A stretch of 48,865 nucleotides of DNA, taken from positions 1-48,865 of the IMG/VR virus record IMGVR_UViG_3300048074_000018; one strand, 5' to 3'. The position numbers and the translations under genes are program-made. The DNA comes from a virus. Its lineage: Duplodnaviria > Caudoviricetes. Positions within the stretch are counted from its first letter, which is position 1. Every line of letters begins with the position of its first letter. The notes beneath the pieces are model-generated. The model made no database searches, was not told the origin of the DNA, and saw only the letters and a program-made list of their open reading frames with translations. Shown here piece by piece: positions 16,015-25,735 of the stretch.

Positions 16015-16632
16015 ATGGCTAACGTTAACGCGCCCTTTGGGCTGCGTCCGGTTCGCTATGCGTCTGGCGCTCCCTACAACGGGGCCTGCAACGCATATTT
16101 TGCGACCGGCGCGACCGGGGCAATTTATATCGGCGATCCGGTTGTTATGGCCGGCTCGGCGAATACGTCACCGTACCGCGATTGGGCGGCCGGCACTCTT
16201 CCGACCGTGACTGTTGCGGCGGATGGCGATGCCGATCCGATTCTTGGCGTTTGTGTCGGCGTGCTTCCTGTCACCCGTGACTCGACTGTTTATCGTGAAG
16301 ATTCGACGGATCGAGTTATCTTTGTTGCGGACGATCCTAACCTGGTGTTCCAAGGTCAGACCGACGCGGCAAGCACGGATTGGGCCGCTACCGATGTTGG
16401 TTCTTATGCCAACATGCTTGTCGGTACGGGCTCGACCTACACGGGCCGCTCCGGCTGGACGCTCGACACCACGGACGGCCCCGATAATGCCGATCCGTCT
16501 AACCAGCTTCTCATTGTTCGTTTGGCTCCGATTCCGGGTAACGCAATCGGCGACTATTCGATTTGGGAAGTCATGATCAACAACCATCAGCTCGCTAACG
16601 TTGGCGACGCTGGTCGGTTCACTGGCGTATAA
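16015..16632 (+). CDS. Capsid decoration / minor head protein
   Basis: GAGGAGG RBS; MANVNAPFGLRPV...IYIGDPV; immediately before the major capsid gene. Confidence 0.7.
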   Translation: MANVNAPFGLRPVRYASGAPYNGACNAYFATGATGAIYIGDPVVMAGSANTSPYRDWAAGTLPTVTVAADGDADPILGVCVGVLPVTRDSTVYREDSTDRVIFVADDPNLVFQGQTDAASTDWAATDVGSYANMLVGTGSTYTGRSGWTLDTTDGPDNADPSNQLLIVRLAPIPGNAIGDYSIWEVMINNHQLANVGDAGRFTGV

Positions 16633-16645
16633 GGAGGGATGACCA

Positions 16646-17554
16646 ATGGCTGTTATCACCAGCGGCGCCCATCCTAAGGCGCTATGGCCTGGAATCCAGG
16701 CATGGTTCGGTCGGAAGTATAACGAATATCCGACGCAGTGGACCGATCTGTTCGATATGGAAACGTCGGACAAGATGTATGAGGAGGACGTGGAAATCAC
16801 CGGCTTCGGCTTGGCTGCTGTCAAGGCGGAAGGTGCTGCCACGACCTACGACACGGAAGCTCAGGGCTTCACCAAGCGTTACACGCATGTTGTGTATTCG
16901 CTCGGCTACATCGTGACCAAAGAGGAGCTTGAGGACAATCTTTATGAGGTTGTTTCCAAGCGCCGTTCGCAGGCTCTTGCCTTCTCGTTCCGCCAGACCA
17001 AGGAAATCAATCTGGCGAACGTGTACAACCGCGCCTTCACGTCCACCTATACGGGTGGCGATGGCAAGGAACTGTTGGCGACCGACCATCCGTCTCTGGC
17101 TGGCAACTGGTCGAATGAGCTTGCCACCCCAGCCGACTTGTCGGAAGCGTCCATTGAAGATTTGGTTATCCAGATCATGGGCGCTACCAACTCGCGCGGC
17201 CTGCGCATCGCGCTTCAGCCTCAGTCGTTGCATATTCACCGCAATAGCTGGTTTGAGGCCAATCGCATCTTGAAGTCGGTATTGCAGAACGATACCGCCA
17301 ACAATGCGATTAACGTGTTGCGCGCTGAGGGTACGTTCCCCAAGGGCATCAAGGTCAATCAGTATTTTGATGACGCGGATGCGTGGTTTGTGCGCACCAA
17401 CTGCCCGAATGGCATGAAGTACCTTGAGCGGCGCGCCATGTCCTTCACGACCGATAACGATTTCGACACGTCCAATGCGAAAGCAAAGGCTGACGAGCGT
17501 TATTCGGCTGGTTGGACTGACCCGCGCGCTCTGTACGGCTCCGCTGGGGCGTAA
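16646..17554 (+). CDS. Major capsid protein
   Basis: 302 aa, strong AAGGAGG RBS, ends ERYSAGWTDPRALYGSAGA; followed by terminator. Confidence 0.85.
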   Translation: MAVITSGAHPKALWPGIQAWFGRKYNEYPTQWTDLFDMETSDKMYEEDVEITGFGLAAVKAEGAATTYDTEAQGFTKRYTHVVYSLGYIVTKEELEDNLYEVVSKRRSQALAFSFRQTKEINLANVYNRAFTSTYTGGDGKELLATDHPSLAGNWSNELATPADLSEASIEDLVIQIMGATNSRGLRIALQPQSLHIHRNSWFEANRILKSVLQNDTANNAINVLRAEGTFPKGIKVNQYFDDADAWFVRTNCPNGMKYLERRAMSFTTDNDFDTSNAKAKADERYSAGWTDPRALYGSAGA

Positions 17555-17561
17555 TTGCTAT

Positions 17562-17594
17562 GGGGCGGGGCTTCGGTCCCGCCTTTTCTCTTTT
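17562..17594 (+). terminator. Intrinsic terminator after capsid gene
   Basis: ggcggggc-ttcg-gtcccgcc followed by a T-rich tract. Confidence 0.85.
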
Positions 17595-17669
17595 CATTTT
17601 CATTCATGGCGTGTCGTGGGGCTTCCCATCCCTGGCTGCTCCGGCTGCGGCACGTTCTAGGAGGTTACA

Positions 17670-18677
17670 ATGGGTCTCACTGCTTTTCCGAGCGGCATTT
17701 CCAGCATGGGCGTGCCTGTCATCCCGGCTGGCATTCCGTTCGGCCCGGATTCCAAGGCTTGGTTTGTTGCTCCCGACTCCGGCAGCGACGGAAATAAGGG
17801 TGATGATATTCGCCGGCCGCTCGCTACGCTGTCCAAGGCGCATGACTTGGCCCGCGCGAACAAGAATGATGTTGTGTTCATGATTGCGCAGTCGAACAGC
17901 GCTGCGGACACGACCGATTACCAGACGGCCACGCTTACGTGGTCGAAGGATATGGTTCACTTGGTCGGCATTCATGCTGGCGGGATGATCGGTGGCCGCG
18001 CACGTATTGCGACAAGCACGGTGAGCTTGTCGCCTTTGGTGAACATCACGGCCGATGCCTGCATGTTCTACGGCATTCATGTGTTTCATGGCGTGACGGC
18101 GGATCAGGCGGGCTACATCGCTGTTCAGGTGACGGGAGACCGCAACGTATTCAAGCGTTGCCATTTCGCTGGCGGCGGCGTTTCGACTGTTGCGGACGAT
18201 GCGGCCATGCGCAGCCTCAAGCTATCCGGCGCTTCGGAGTGCTATTTCGAGGACTGTGTGATCGGACTCGATACCGTCACCCGCTCTACCACTGCCAATT
18301 ATGAGCTTGAGTTTGATAATGGCAGTTCTGCGGACGGCTGCGCTCGCAATATCTTCCGCAAGTGCATGTTCCTGACTTACGGCTCGGGCGCGCATGGCAT
18401 GGTCATCGTGGACGCGGACGGCATTGACCGCTTTGCGTACTTTGATGACTGCATGTTCGTTAATCCGATCCAGTCCGGCACCACGGCGCTTAACGAGGTG
18501 TTTTCCTGCACCGCCAGCACTTCTCCGGGCGGCGCGGTTATCCTTCGCAATCCGTTGGCCTATGGCTGCGGCCCGTGGGAGGCGGATGTGGAGACTGGCC
18601 GTGTGGTTGTGCTCGGTCATCCGACTCCGGCCTCGACGGACGGCTCCGGCTTGGCTGGCGCTCCGGAATCTCCGTAA
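17670..18677 (+). CDS. Structural protein with right-handed beta-helix (pectin-lyase-like) repeats
   Basis: GSDGNKG...PLATLSKA entry motif; repeated N.F..C.F rungs; AGGAGG RBS. Confidence 0.7.
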   Translation: MGLTAFPSGISSMGVPVIPAGIPFGPDSKAWFVAPDSGSDGNKGDDIRRPLATLSKAHDLARANKNDVVFMIAQSNSAADTTDYQTATLTWSKDMVHLVGIHAGGMIGGRARIATSTVSLSPLVNITADACMFYGIHVFHGVTADQAGYIAVQVTGDRNVFKRCHFAGGGVSTVADDAAMRSLKLSGASECYFEDCVIGLDTVTRSTTANYELEFDNGSSADGCARNIFRKCMFLTYGSGAHGMVIVDADGIDRFAYFDDCMFVNPIQSGTTALNEVFSCTASTSPGGAVILRNPLAYGCGPWEADVETGRVVVLGHPTPASTDGSGLAGAPESP

Positions 18678-18698
18678 CCCTCTTGATATTCACTCTGA

Positions 18699-18728
18699 GC
18701 GGGGGGCTTCGGCCCTCCGTTTTCTTTT
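18699..18728 (+). terminator. Intrinsic terminator
   Basis: gcggggggc-ttcg-gccctccgt followed by tttctttt. Confidence 0.8.
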
Positions 18729-18740
18729 CAGGAGGCATTC

Positions 18741-19151
18741 ATGGTCGATGCGGTCACTTCCGAATATATCTACAGCGGCAAGCGCCGAAAGGTGCTGCAC
18801 CTAACTAATATCAGCGATTCCACTGGCGAAAGTGCAGTGGTTAAAGCTGATATTTCAGGTCTGACGTTCGACTCCGGCAGTGGTGCCATGGTCGCCCCGA
18901 CCTACACTACCGTGGATATGATCGACTACAATATCCAAGGCTTTACGTCGGTTCGGCTGCTTTGGGATCATACGACGGATGATGAGATTGCCACGCTCCC
19001 TGCCGGCTCCGGCTGCATTGATTGGAATGCTTACGGTGGCAAGAAAGACCCGCGTAGTGATGGCGGAACGGGCGATATCATCCTGACCACGGCGGGCGCT
19101 GTGTCGGGTGCGACTTACGACATTACCATTTATTTCCGTCCGAAAGCATAG
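18741..19151 (+). CDS. Virion structural hypothetical protein
   Basis: AGGAGG RBS; GGTGDIILTT motif. Confidence 0.7.
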   Translation: MVDAVTSEYIYSGKRRKVLHLTNISDSTGESAVVKADISGLTFDSGSGAMVAPTYTTVDMIDYNIQGFTSVRLLWDHTTDDEIATLPAGSGCIDWNAYGGKKDPRSDGGTGDIILTTAGAVSGATYDITIYFRPKA

Positions 19152-19154
19152 CGC

Positions 19155-19562
19155 ATGGCCCGTGTGACTTTCGCGAGTCTCCCGGTTGGATTTAATCCAA
19201 CTCGGTATTTCGATGAGATGTTCGCGTACTCGCATCCTGTCGTTACGACGGATGATATCCTGACCAGTGCAAGCGGTACTGTCACAGCGTCTCAGGGTAT
19301 CATCGTCGTAAGCCGGGCGGCACCTACTGCCACGGCCATCACGCTTCCTGCCGTATCTACGCGCAACGGTGCGCCGTTGTGGGTGGTGGATTGGTCAACA
19401 GGAGTAACAGACTCTCCGGGACACGTCATTACACTAACTCCCGCGTCCGGTGAAACCATCGCTCGCCTTTCGACATTCCCTATTGCATCTAACTCTGTTT
19501 ATCTAGGAGTGGCCATCCTTGTCCCACAGACAGCCCTATCGGGTTGGATAGCGTTGGGTTGA
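19155..19562 (+). CDS. Hypothetical structural protein
   Basis: Thr/Ser-rich beta protein, ITLPA...ITLTPASGETI. Confidence 0.65.
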   Translation: MARVTFASLPVGFNPTRYFDEMFAYSHPVVTTDDILTSASGTVTASQGIIVVSRAAPTATAITLPAVSTRNGAPLWVVDWSTGVTDSPGHVITLTPASGETIARLSTFPIASNSVYLGVAILVPQTALSGWIALG

Positions 19563-19564
19563 GC

Positions 19565-19894
19565 ATGGCTTATGTACCTGGACAATTTTACCGTATTTGC
19601 GGGCGTTCTGGCCGTATGCTTCTTGCACGCGACACCATGCAGGAATGGACCGGCCAGTACGTCGATAAGCACGAATGGGAAGCGCGTCACCCGCAAGACT
19701 TTGTGCGCGGAAGGCGCGATGACCAGTCCGTTCCCGATCCGCGTCCTGAGCCTCCGGAAGCATGGTCTGGTCCGGATGGCGGGCCGTTCTTTCATGTTGT
19801 GCCGGACGGCAATGATTCGGCTTGCATGTGGTTTTACGATCAACCGGATGGTGATTTCGTGGTCTACGCTGGTAATGGAGCGCCCGCGCTATGA
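19565..19894 (+). CDS. Hypothetical protein preceding head-tail adaptor
   Basis: ICGRSG...EWTG...WEARHPQDFVRG..DDQSVPDPRPEP. Confidence 0.7.
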   Translation: MAYVPGQFYRICGRSGRMLLARDTMQEWTGQYVDKHEWEARHPQDFVRGRRDDQSVPDPRPEPPEAWSGPDGGPFFHVVPDGNDSACMWFYDQPDGDFVVYAGNGAPAL

Positions 19895-20838
19895 GCACGT
19901 CCGGCAGCAGTGACTTTAACGTCACACGCGATCAGATCATATCGGCAGCAGCGCGCAAGGTTGGCGCTATTCGGGCTGGCGAAACAATCGGCTCGCAGGC
20001 GCAGACGGATTTTGCCCAAGCCTTGAACGCGATGGTCAAGCGCTGGCAGGCGTCCGGAATTCACGTTTGGACGGTCACAGAGGCTACTTTGTTTCCGCAG
20101 GCGTCTACGTACCAATATGCGCTCAGCAATGCCAGCACGTCGGCGCACGCCACGCAAAGCTATGTCGAAATGGAGTTGGATGGCGCGCATTCTTCCGGAG
20201 CCACATCGATCACAGTTGACAGCACCACGGGCGTTTCGTCCGGCGATTATATCGGAACCGTGCTCAGCAGCGGGTCTATTTCGTGGGATGTCGTCAGCGG
20301 CTCACCGACTAGCACAACGATAGCGCTCACTACTGGTTTGTCTGGTGCGGCCTCCGATGGCGCGGCAGTGTTCGCCTATACGTCCAAGATTGTCCGACCG
20401 CTGCGCATTGTGGACGCGCGCCGGTATAACATCTCTGGCGCGACCGATACGCCAATCCAGATTGCGGCCCGGCTTGACTATCAGAGCCTTCCCAATAAGT
20501 CGCAAACCGGGACAATCAACCAGCTTTTCTACGATCCACAGCTTACGACCGGCCAACTCTATTTGTGGAATCCGCCATCGTCCGTGACTGATCTGGTCAA
20601 ATTCACATGGTGGCGGCCGATCATGGACTTTGACAGCGCGGGCGACAATCCGGACCTGCCGCAAGAATGGATCGACACGCTGATTTTCAATCTCGCGGTT
20701 TCGATGGCGTGGGAATATCCCATGTCGGCGGATAAGTATGCCGGTCTAAAGGGCCAGGCGGATGAGTTCTTGGCGCAAGTAGCAGGTGCGGATCGCGAGC
20801 CGGAATCGGTACATTTCGGCGTCGATATGCGGTGGTAA
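19891..20838 (+). CDS. Head-tail adaptor (P22 gp4 / tail tubular A-like) with inserted beta domain
   Basis: IISAAARKVG...ALNAMV.RW...LYLWNPP...LPQEW...L.FNLA. Confidence 0.7.
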   Translation: MSTSGSSDFNVTRDQIISAAARKVGAIRAGETIGSQAQTDFAQALNAMVKRWQASGIHVWTVTEATLFPQASTYQYALSNASTSAHATQSYVEMELDGAHSSGATSITVDSTTGVSSGDYIGTVLSSGSISWDVVSGSPTSTTIALTTGLSGAASDGAAVFAYTSKIVRPLRIVDARRYNISGATDTPIQIAARLDYQSLPNKSQTGTINQLFYDPQLTTGQLYLWNPPSSVTDLVKFTWWRPIMDFDSAGDNPDLPQEWIDTLIFNLAVSMAWEYPMSADKYAGLKGQADEFLAQVAGADREPESVHFGVDMRW

Positions 20839-20839
20839 G

Positions 20840-22261
20840 ATGGCATTGCAGCAAGTCCGCTTTGCCATTCAATCGAGCGAAACGGAGTCAAGCAACGTAT
20901 CGTCTCAGCGCGCCGTTAATATGTACGCTGAGAAGCAGCCGCCCGATTCAAAAACAGATGTGGCAGTCTTTAACAGTCCTGGCGTTGCGGACTTTGCAGA
21001 GCTTGGCAACGGCCCTATTCGTGGAATGATCGCCCCGAATGATGAAACGCTTTATGTCGTTTCGGATACGCTGCTTTATTCGGTCGATAGCGATGGTGAT
21101 GCGACTGTCTTGGGTGGGTCTGTGGATGGATCGGACCCCGTTTCTATGGACAGCAACGGTGAACAGGTCGCCATCGTCAACGGAACACAGGGGTATATTT
21201 ACGATACGTCGGCGGGGTTCCGGGTCATCTCGGATGGCGACTTTCATTCCGCTAATACAACCACGTTTATGGATTCGTTTTTCATTTTCGATTGGGCTGG
21301 TACTAGCAAATTCTTCATGTCCGATAGCCTTGATGGCTCGGCATATGATGGCCTGAACTTCGCCAGTGCGGAGGCCAAGCCTGACAATGTTTTGGCGGTC
21401 AAGTCCTATCAGCAGCGGCTTAATGTACTAGGCCACAAATCCATTGAGCCGTGGTCGAATGTTGGCGCGGCTAATTTCCCGTTCCAGCGCATTGAAGGCG
21501 GCTTGATCGAGCGTGGTATTATCGGATCACGGGCGGTTACGACCGAAGATAATTCGCTATTCATTCTCGGCAATGATCGAATTGCCTACCGCATTACGGG
21601 GATTACTCTACAGCGCATTAGCGCCCATTCGCAGGAAAGCATTTGGCAGAATTACGCTACTGTCGAAGATGTGCTGACAATGGCCCATACGTTTGATGGG
21701 CACAAATTTATTGTTTACACGTTCCCGACTGAGGCGGCGACTTGGATTTATGACATTGCTTCCGGTCTTTGGCATGAGCGCGCATCGTGGGACTTGAACA
21801 ACACTCCGCTTGGACGTTGGCGGGCGAATTGCACAGAGGAAGCATTCAACAAAACTCTGATCGGTGACGCCTTCTCAGGAAAAATCGGCTACCTGAGCCA
21901 CAGCACGTTCACTGAATTTGGCAACACAATGCAGGCGGAAATGGTTTCCCCGCCCATCCATGCCAATGGTGAGTGGTTCACGATACCACGCTTTCAAATT
22001 GATCTTGAAGCTGGTGTAGGCACTGTTTCAGGGCAGGGCTCTGATCCGCAGATCATGTTGTCCATTTCTAGGGATGGCGGGCATACATGGTCAGATCAGG
22101 AACTATGGACCGGCATGGGTGCGAACGGCGCTTATGGCACGCGCGTCTATTGGGATCGACTTGGCGGGTATTACGATTGCCGGTTTAAGGTGACGATCAG
22201 CGATCCTGTGAGGCGGACAATTGTGCGGGCCATGGCTGACGTACAGGTCGGGATGACATGA
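20840..22261 (+). CDS. P22 gp10-like DNA stabilization / tail hub protein
   Basis: GPIRGM, FASAEAKPD, TWIYDIASGLWHER, SRDGGHTWS, FKVTISDPV. Confidence 0.85.
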   Translation: MALQQVRFAIQSSETESSNVSSQRAVNMYAEKQPPDSKTDVAVFNSPGVADFAELGNGPIRGMIAPNDETLYVVSDTLLYSVDSDGDATVLGGSVDGSDPVSMDSNGEQVAIVNGTQGYIYDTSAGFRVISDGDFHSANTTTFMDSFFIFDWAGTSKFFMSDSLDGSAYDGLNFASAEAKPDNVLAVKSYQQRLNVLGHKSIEPWSNVGAANFPFQRIEGGLIERGIIGSRAVTTEDNSLFILGNDRIAYRITGITLQRISAHSQESIWQNYATVEDVLTMAHTFDGHKFIVYTFPTEAATWIYDIASGLWHERASWDLNNTPLGRWRANCTEEAFNKTLIGDAFSGKIGYLSHSTFTEFGNTMQAEMVSPPIHANGEWFTIPRFQIDLEAGVGTVSGQGSDPQIMLSISRDGGHTWSDQELWTGMGANGAYGTRVYWDRLGGYYDCRFKVTISDPVRRTIVRAMADVQVGMT

Positions 22262-22701
22262 CAATCCCGGCAGACTATCAGCCGACGCCATTGCCTAACC
22301 TAGACACTAAGCTGCCGATGGTGGATTTGCAGACCGGATACCCAACGGTCACGACGCAGCTGATGTTTCAGAAGTTCCGCGAGTACATTCTCTCCTGCAA
22401 TCGCGTCATTCCATGCAGCGCCAGCGGGACGAACGTTATCACGTTAACGCCTAACGACGCGTCTCCGCTGATCGAATCGTACATGGATTATGAGATTTTC
22501 GCCTTTGTCGCGGCGAACAATTCGACCGGCACGATAACGATGACGGTTGTTCCTAAGACGGGCGCGCTCGATACGTTGCCGGTCTATATCGACGGAGGGT
22601 CAACGGCTGCCGGCGCAGGCGATGTAACGGCGGGCCGTGTTTATCTAGCCGTGTTCGTTGACTCGGTGAACAGTGGAAACGGCGGGTTTGTCCTCAAATG
22701 A
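22258..22701 (+). CDS. Tail-associated hypothetical protein (gp26 position)
   Basis: Follows the gp10-like gene; PMVD..TG.PT motif. Confidence 0.6.
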   Translation: MTIPADYQPTPLPNLDTKLPMVDLQTGYPTVTTQLMFQKFREYILSCNRVIPCSASGTNVITLTPNDASPLIESYMDYEIFAFVAANNSTGTITMTVVPKTGALDTLPVYIDGGSTAAGAGDVTAGRVYLAVFVDSVNSGNGGFVLK

Positions 22702-23153
22702 TCCGCACAGCCCATAAGTCGGATTTGAGCGATCTTCTTTTGATGGGCAAGCGGTTTTTCAAGGCGTCGCCTTGGGCTGAAATTGCCGAATGGGATTCGG
22801 TCTCGTTTGCTGAAACGCTTGAACTGTTGCTGAGCGACGAAAGCGCGGCCGGCGTTGTAGTGGCCGAAGAAGAAGGATCAATGGTCGGGATGGTCGGTTA
22901 TCTGACCTTCCCGCTCTATTGCAATCACGACATTACGATGGCCCAGGAGATTTTCCTGTGGGTCAATCCAGATCATCGCAATGGAATTGGTGCCGAGCTT
23001 TTAGCGGCGGCTGAGGAAATGTCGCGTGCGCATGGTGCGCAGTTTTTCATGTCGGCTTCGCTTGCTGGAATGCGGGATGAAGCGCTGGCGAGATTTTATG
23101 AGAGGCGCGGTTATCGGCCGATGGAACACACTTTTAGCAAGGTACTAATGTAA
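22698..23153 (+). CDS. GNAT-family acetyltransferase-like protein
   Basis: LWVNPDHRNGIGAELL...ARFYERRGY; usual position before ejection genes. Confidence 0.85.
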   Translation: MIRTAHKSDLSDLLLMGKRFFKASPWAEIAEWDSVSFAETLELLLSDESAAGVVVAEEEGSMVGMVGYLTFPLYCNHDITMAQEIFLWVNPDHRNGIGAELLAAAEEMSRAHGAQFFMSASLAGMRDEALARFYERRGYRPMEHTFSKVLM

Positions 23154-23875
23154 TGTTTTCAATGATCGGCGGCATTGCATCAGGCATGAGGTCGCTAGTC
23201 GCTTCCAATAAGCAGTCGCAGGCCCAAGCTGCCGCACTTGCTCAACAGAAGCAGATGTACAATCAGACGCGCAATGATCTTGCGCCGTTTAGAAATATGG
23301 GTACAGGGGCAGGAAACACGCTTGCGCAATTATATGGTATTTCACCGGATGGAAGCGCGTCAGGCATTCCATACAGCGCGGCTGCCATGGATGCATTCAA
23401 GAATGCGCCTGATTATCAATTTGCTTTGCGTGAGGGAATTAACGCACTGACTAACCAGAATGCCTCTAAAGGCATATTGATGTCGGGGTCGAACCTTAAA
23501 GACATTATGGGTTATTCGAGCGGGCTCGCGTCGCAGAATTTCCAGAATTATGCGAATCGCTTGCTTGGGATGACGCAGGTCGGCGCGGGCGCGGCGGCTG
23601 GGACAGCTCAGGTTGGGGCGCAATATTCTGGTCAAATGTCGAATAGCCTAGCTGCACAAGGTCAGTCGCAGGCTAGCGGGATTGTTGGCGCAACGAATGC
23701 GTTTAATAACGGCCTGCAAAATTGGCAGTTCATGAATAATATGAACAATCGAGGATCGGCCTACGTTGGTAATCCAGGCGGAAATTTCTTTAGCGGTAAT
23801 TCGCCAGTGTTTAACGGCGTGAACTATATGCAACCGAACTCAGGGTTCATGGGGGTCGGCGCTTCGCCGTATTAA
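23153..23875 (+). CDS. DNA ejection protein (P22 gp7-like)
   Basis: Gly/Ala/Gln/Asn-rich; LAPFRNMG, PDYQFAL.EG. Confidence 0.75.
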   Translation: MFSMIGGIASGMRSLVASNKQSQAQAAALAQQKQMYNQTRNDLAPFRNMGTGAGNTLAQLYGISPDGSASGIPYSAAAMDAFKNAPDYQFALREGINALTNQNASKGILMSGSNLKDIMGYSSGLASQNFQNYANRLLGMTQVGAGAAAGTAQVGAQYSGQMSNSLAAQGQSQASGIVGATNAFNNGLQNWQFMNNMNNRGSAYVGNPGGNFFSGNSPVFNGVNYMQPNSGFMGVGASPY

Positions 23876-23878
23876 GCT

Positions 23879-25735
23879 ATGGCATTTGAAAACGCTCTTG
23901 CCTTGATGGTGCAGCCGTATGATGCGTCCAAGCCATACATGGCGGCTGCACAACTGCGCGGGCTTGAACAGCAGAATGCTTTGCAGGGCTTGAATATTCA
24001 GCAACAGCAATTGCGCACGAATTCATTGCAGCGCTTTGCGGCCAATCCGAATGATCCGAGCGCTCTGGCCGGCGCGCCTGACATGATGGCAACGATCGTG
24101 CAGACCTACAATGCGCAGGCCGGTGAAAAGCGCGCTCAGTATGCCGACGCTGTGATACGCAACGCCAAAGATGCGCAGGAGGTTGCCTCTGTACCGGAAG
24201 GCCCGGATCGGACTGCGCTATGGCAATCCAAGATTGACGCGGCGGCCAAGGAAGGGCGTCTTGATCCGCAGCGGGCCAGCATCCTACGCGCGCAGCCTCC
24301 TAATTCGCTTGTACTTCAGCAGGCCATGCGGGCGGGACTGACTATTCAGCAACAGATCGAGCTTGAACAGAAAGAGCGCCAAGAGGCGACAGGGAATCGT
24401 GTGCTTGGTGCTGTGACTGGCGTGCTCGGCGGCGGTGGTGTGCCGGCTGGCAATGAAGGGCGTGTGATCCAGCGTGAGTCGGGCGGCAATCCGTCTGTGG
24501 TTAATGACCTAGGCTATGCCGGGACCTATCAGTACGGCGCTCCGCGCGTCACCGATCTTGGCGTCTATAAGCCGGGCACAGGCGAGAATGTCTCGGATAA
24601 GAAAGCCACGGGTCAATGGTCCGGACAGAAATGGACTGGCGAGTTCAATATTCCGGGCTTTCCGCAGGTCAAGACAATCCGGGACTTCCTGCAAAATCCC
24701 GAAGCGCAGAAGGCCGTCCGTCAACTCGATCTTGCACGCGCTGACAGCGATATTCAGGCTATGGGGCTTGACCAGTACGTCGGCAAGACAGTCGGCGGCG
24801 TTCCGATCACGATGGATGGCCTTCGCAATATGATCCATCTTGGCGGCGCGGCCGGGACACAACGATTTATGGCCTCGGATGGCAAGGTCAATCCGGCCGA
24901 TAAGAACGGAACCAAGCTGTCCGACTATGCCAGCATGGGTGCGCAGGGCGGTGCTGCGCCTGCTACGGGTGCGCCATCGTCGGCTCCTATGGTGACGGGA
25001 CGCGGCGTTGGCACGGGCATGACGCCTGAGATGGATCAACTGGTGACACAGCTCCCGGCGCTTCAGGCGATGCGACTTATCCCGAACCTCCCAGTCAATG
25101 TGGCGAAGGGCTTGGACGGCTTGGTTGATTATGCCGAGAAGTTGGCTATCAAAAACACTGAACTAGCCCAGCCTCCGACCGGTTATCGCTGGAATGCGGA
25201 TCGCACCGAACTTAAAGAAATCAAGGGCGGCCCGGCAGACCAGCCTAATGACGTACAACGCTCGTCTGCTCTTTATGCCGCACGTATGGAACAGGCTAAC
25301 CCGCTCATTGCGAAGTTTGAACAGGCTGGGTTGAGCACGAAAAACCGCGCATTGTTTGAGGCGACCATTCCGTTCACTGACCAGCGGGTTGTTCCTCAGA
25401 TTTTGGCCAATAAGAACGTTCCTAAAGAGTTTCAGCAACTTGTACAGGCTGAGCGGAACTTTCTTAATGCCGTACTGCGGCGTGAGTCTGGCGCGGTTAT
25501 CTCGGCAAGCGAATTTGCGGAAGGTGCAGCACAATATTTCCCACGCCCTGGGGATAGTGCTGAGGTGCTGGCCCAAAAGGCTGAAAACCGTCGCGTGGCA
25601 ATTCAAGGGATCAAACAGGCTGGCGACAAGGCGGCCTATTCTCCCGTTCCTGCTGCCACTGCTGCGCCGGCTGCCACTGCCCCGGCAGCCCCGGCCATCC
25701 CGCCGCCGCCTCCTGGCTTTGAATTGGTGAAATAA
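23879..25735 (+). CDS. DNA ejection protein with lytic transglycosylase/lysozyme-like domain
   Basis: IQRESGGNP...GYAGTYQYG...HLGG..G; C-terminal VLRRESGAVIS..E...YFP.PGD and PPPGFEL. Confidence 0.75.
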   Translation: MAFENALALMVQPYDASKPYMAAAQLRGLEQQNALQGLNIQQQQLRTNSLQRFAANPNDPSALAGAPDMMATIVQTYNAQAGEKRAQYADAVIRNAKDAQEVASVPEGPDRTALWQSKIDAAAKEGRLDPQRASILRAQPPNSLVLQQAMRAGLTIQQQIELEQKERQEATGNRVLGAVTGVLGGGGVPAGNEGRVIQRESGGNPSVVNDLGYAGTYQYGAPRVTDLGVYKPGTGENVSDKKATGQWSGQKWTGEFNIPGFPQVKTIRDFLQNPEAQKAVRQLDLARADSDIQAMGLDQYVGKTVGGVPITMDGLRNMIHLGGAAGTQRFMASDGKVNPADKNGTKLSDYASMGAQGGAAPATGAPSSAPMVTGRGVGTGMTPEMDQLVTQLPALQAMRLIPNLPVNVAKGLDGLVDYAEKLAIKNTELAQPPTGYRWNADRTELKEIKGGPADQPNDVQRSSALYAARMEQANPLIAKFEQAGLSTKNRALFEATIPFTDQRVVPQILANKNVPKEFQQLVQAERNFLNAVLRRESGAVISASEFAEGAAQYFPRPGDSAEVLAQKAENRRVAIQGIKQAGDKAAYSPVPAATAAPAATAPAAPAIPPPPPGFELVK

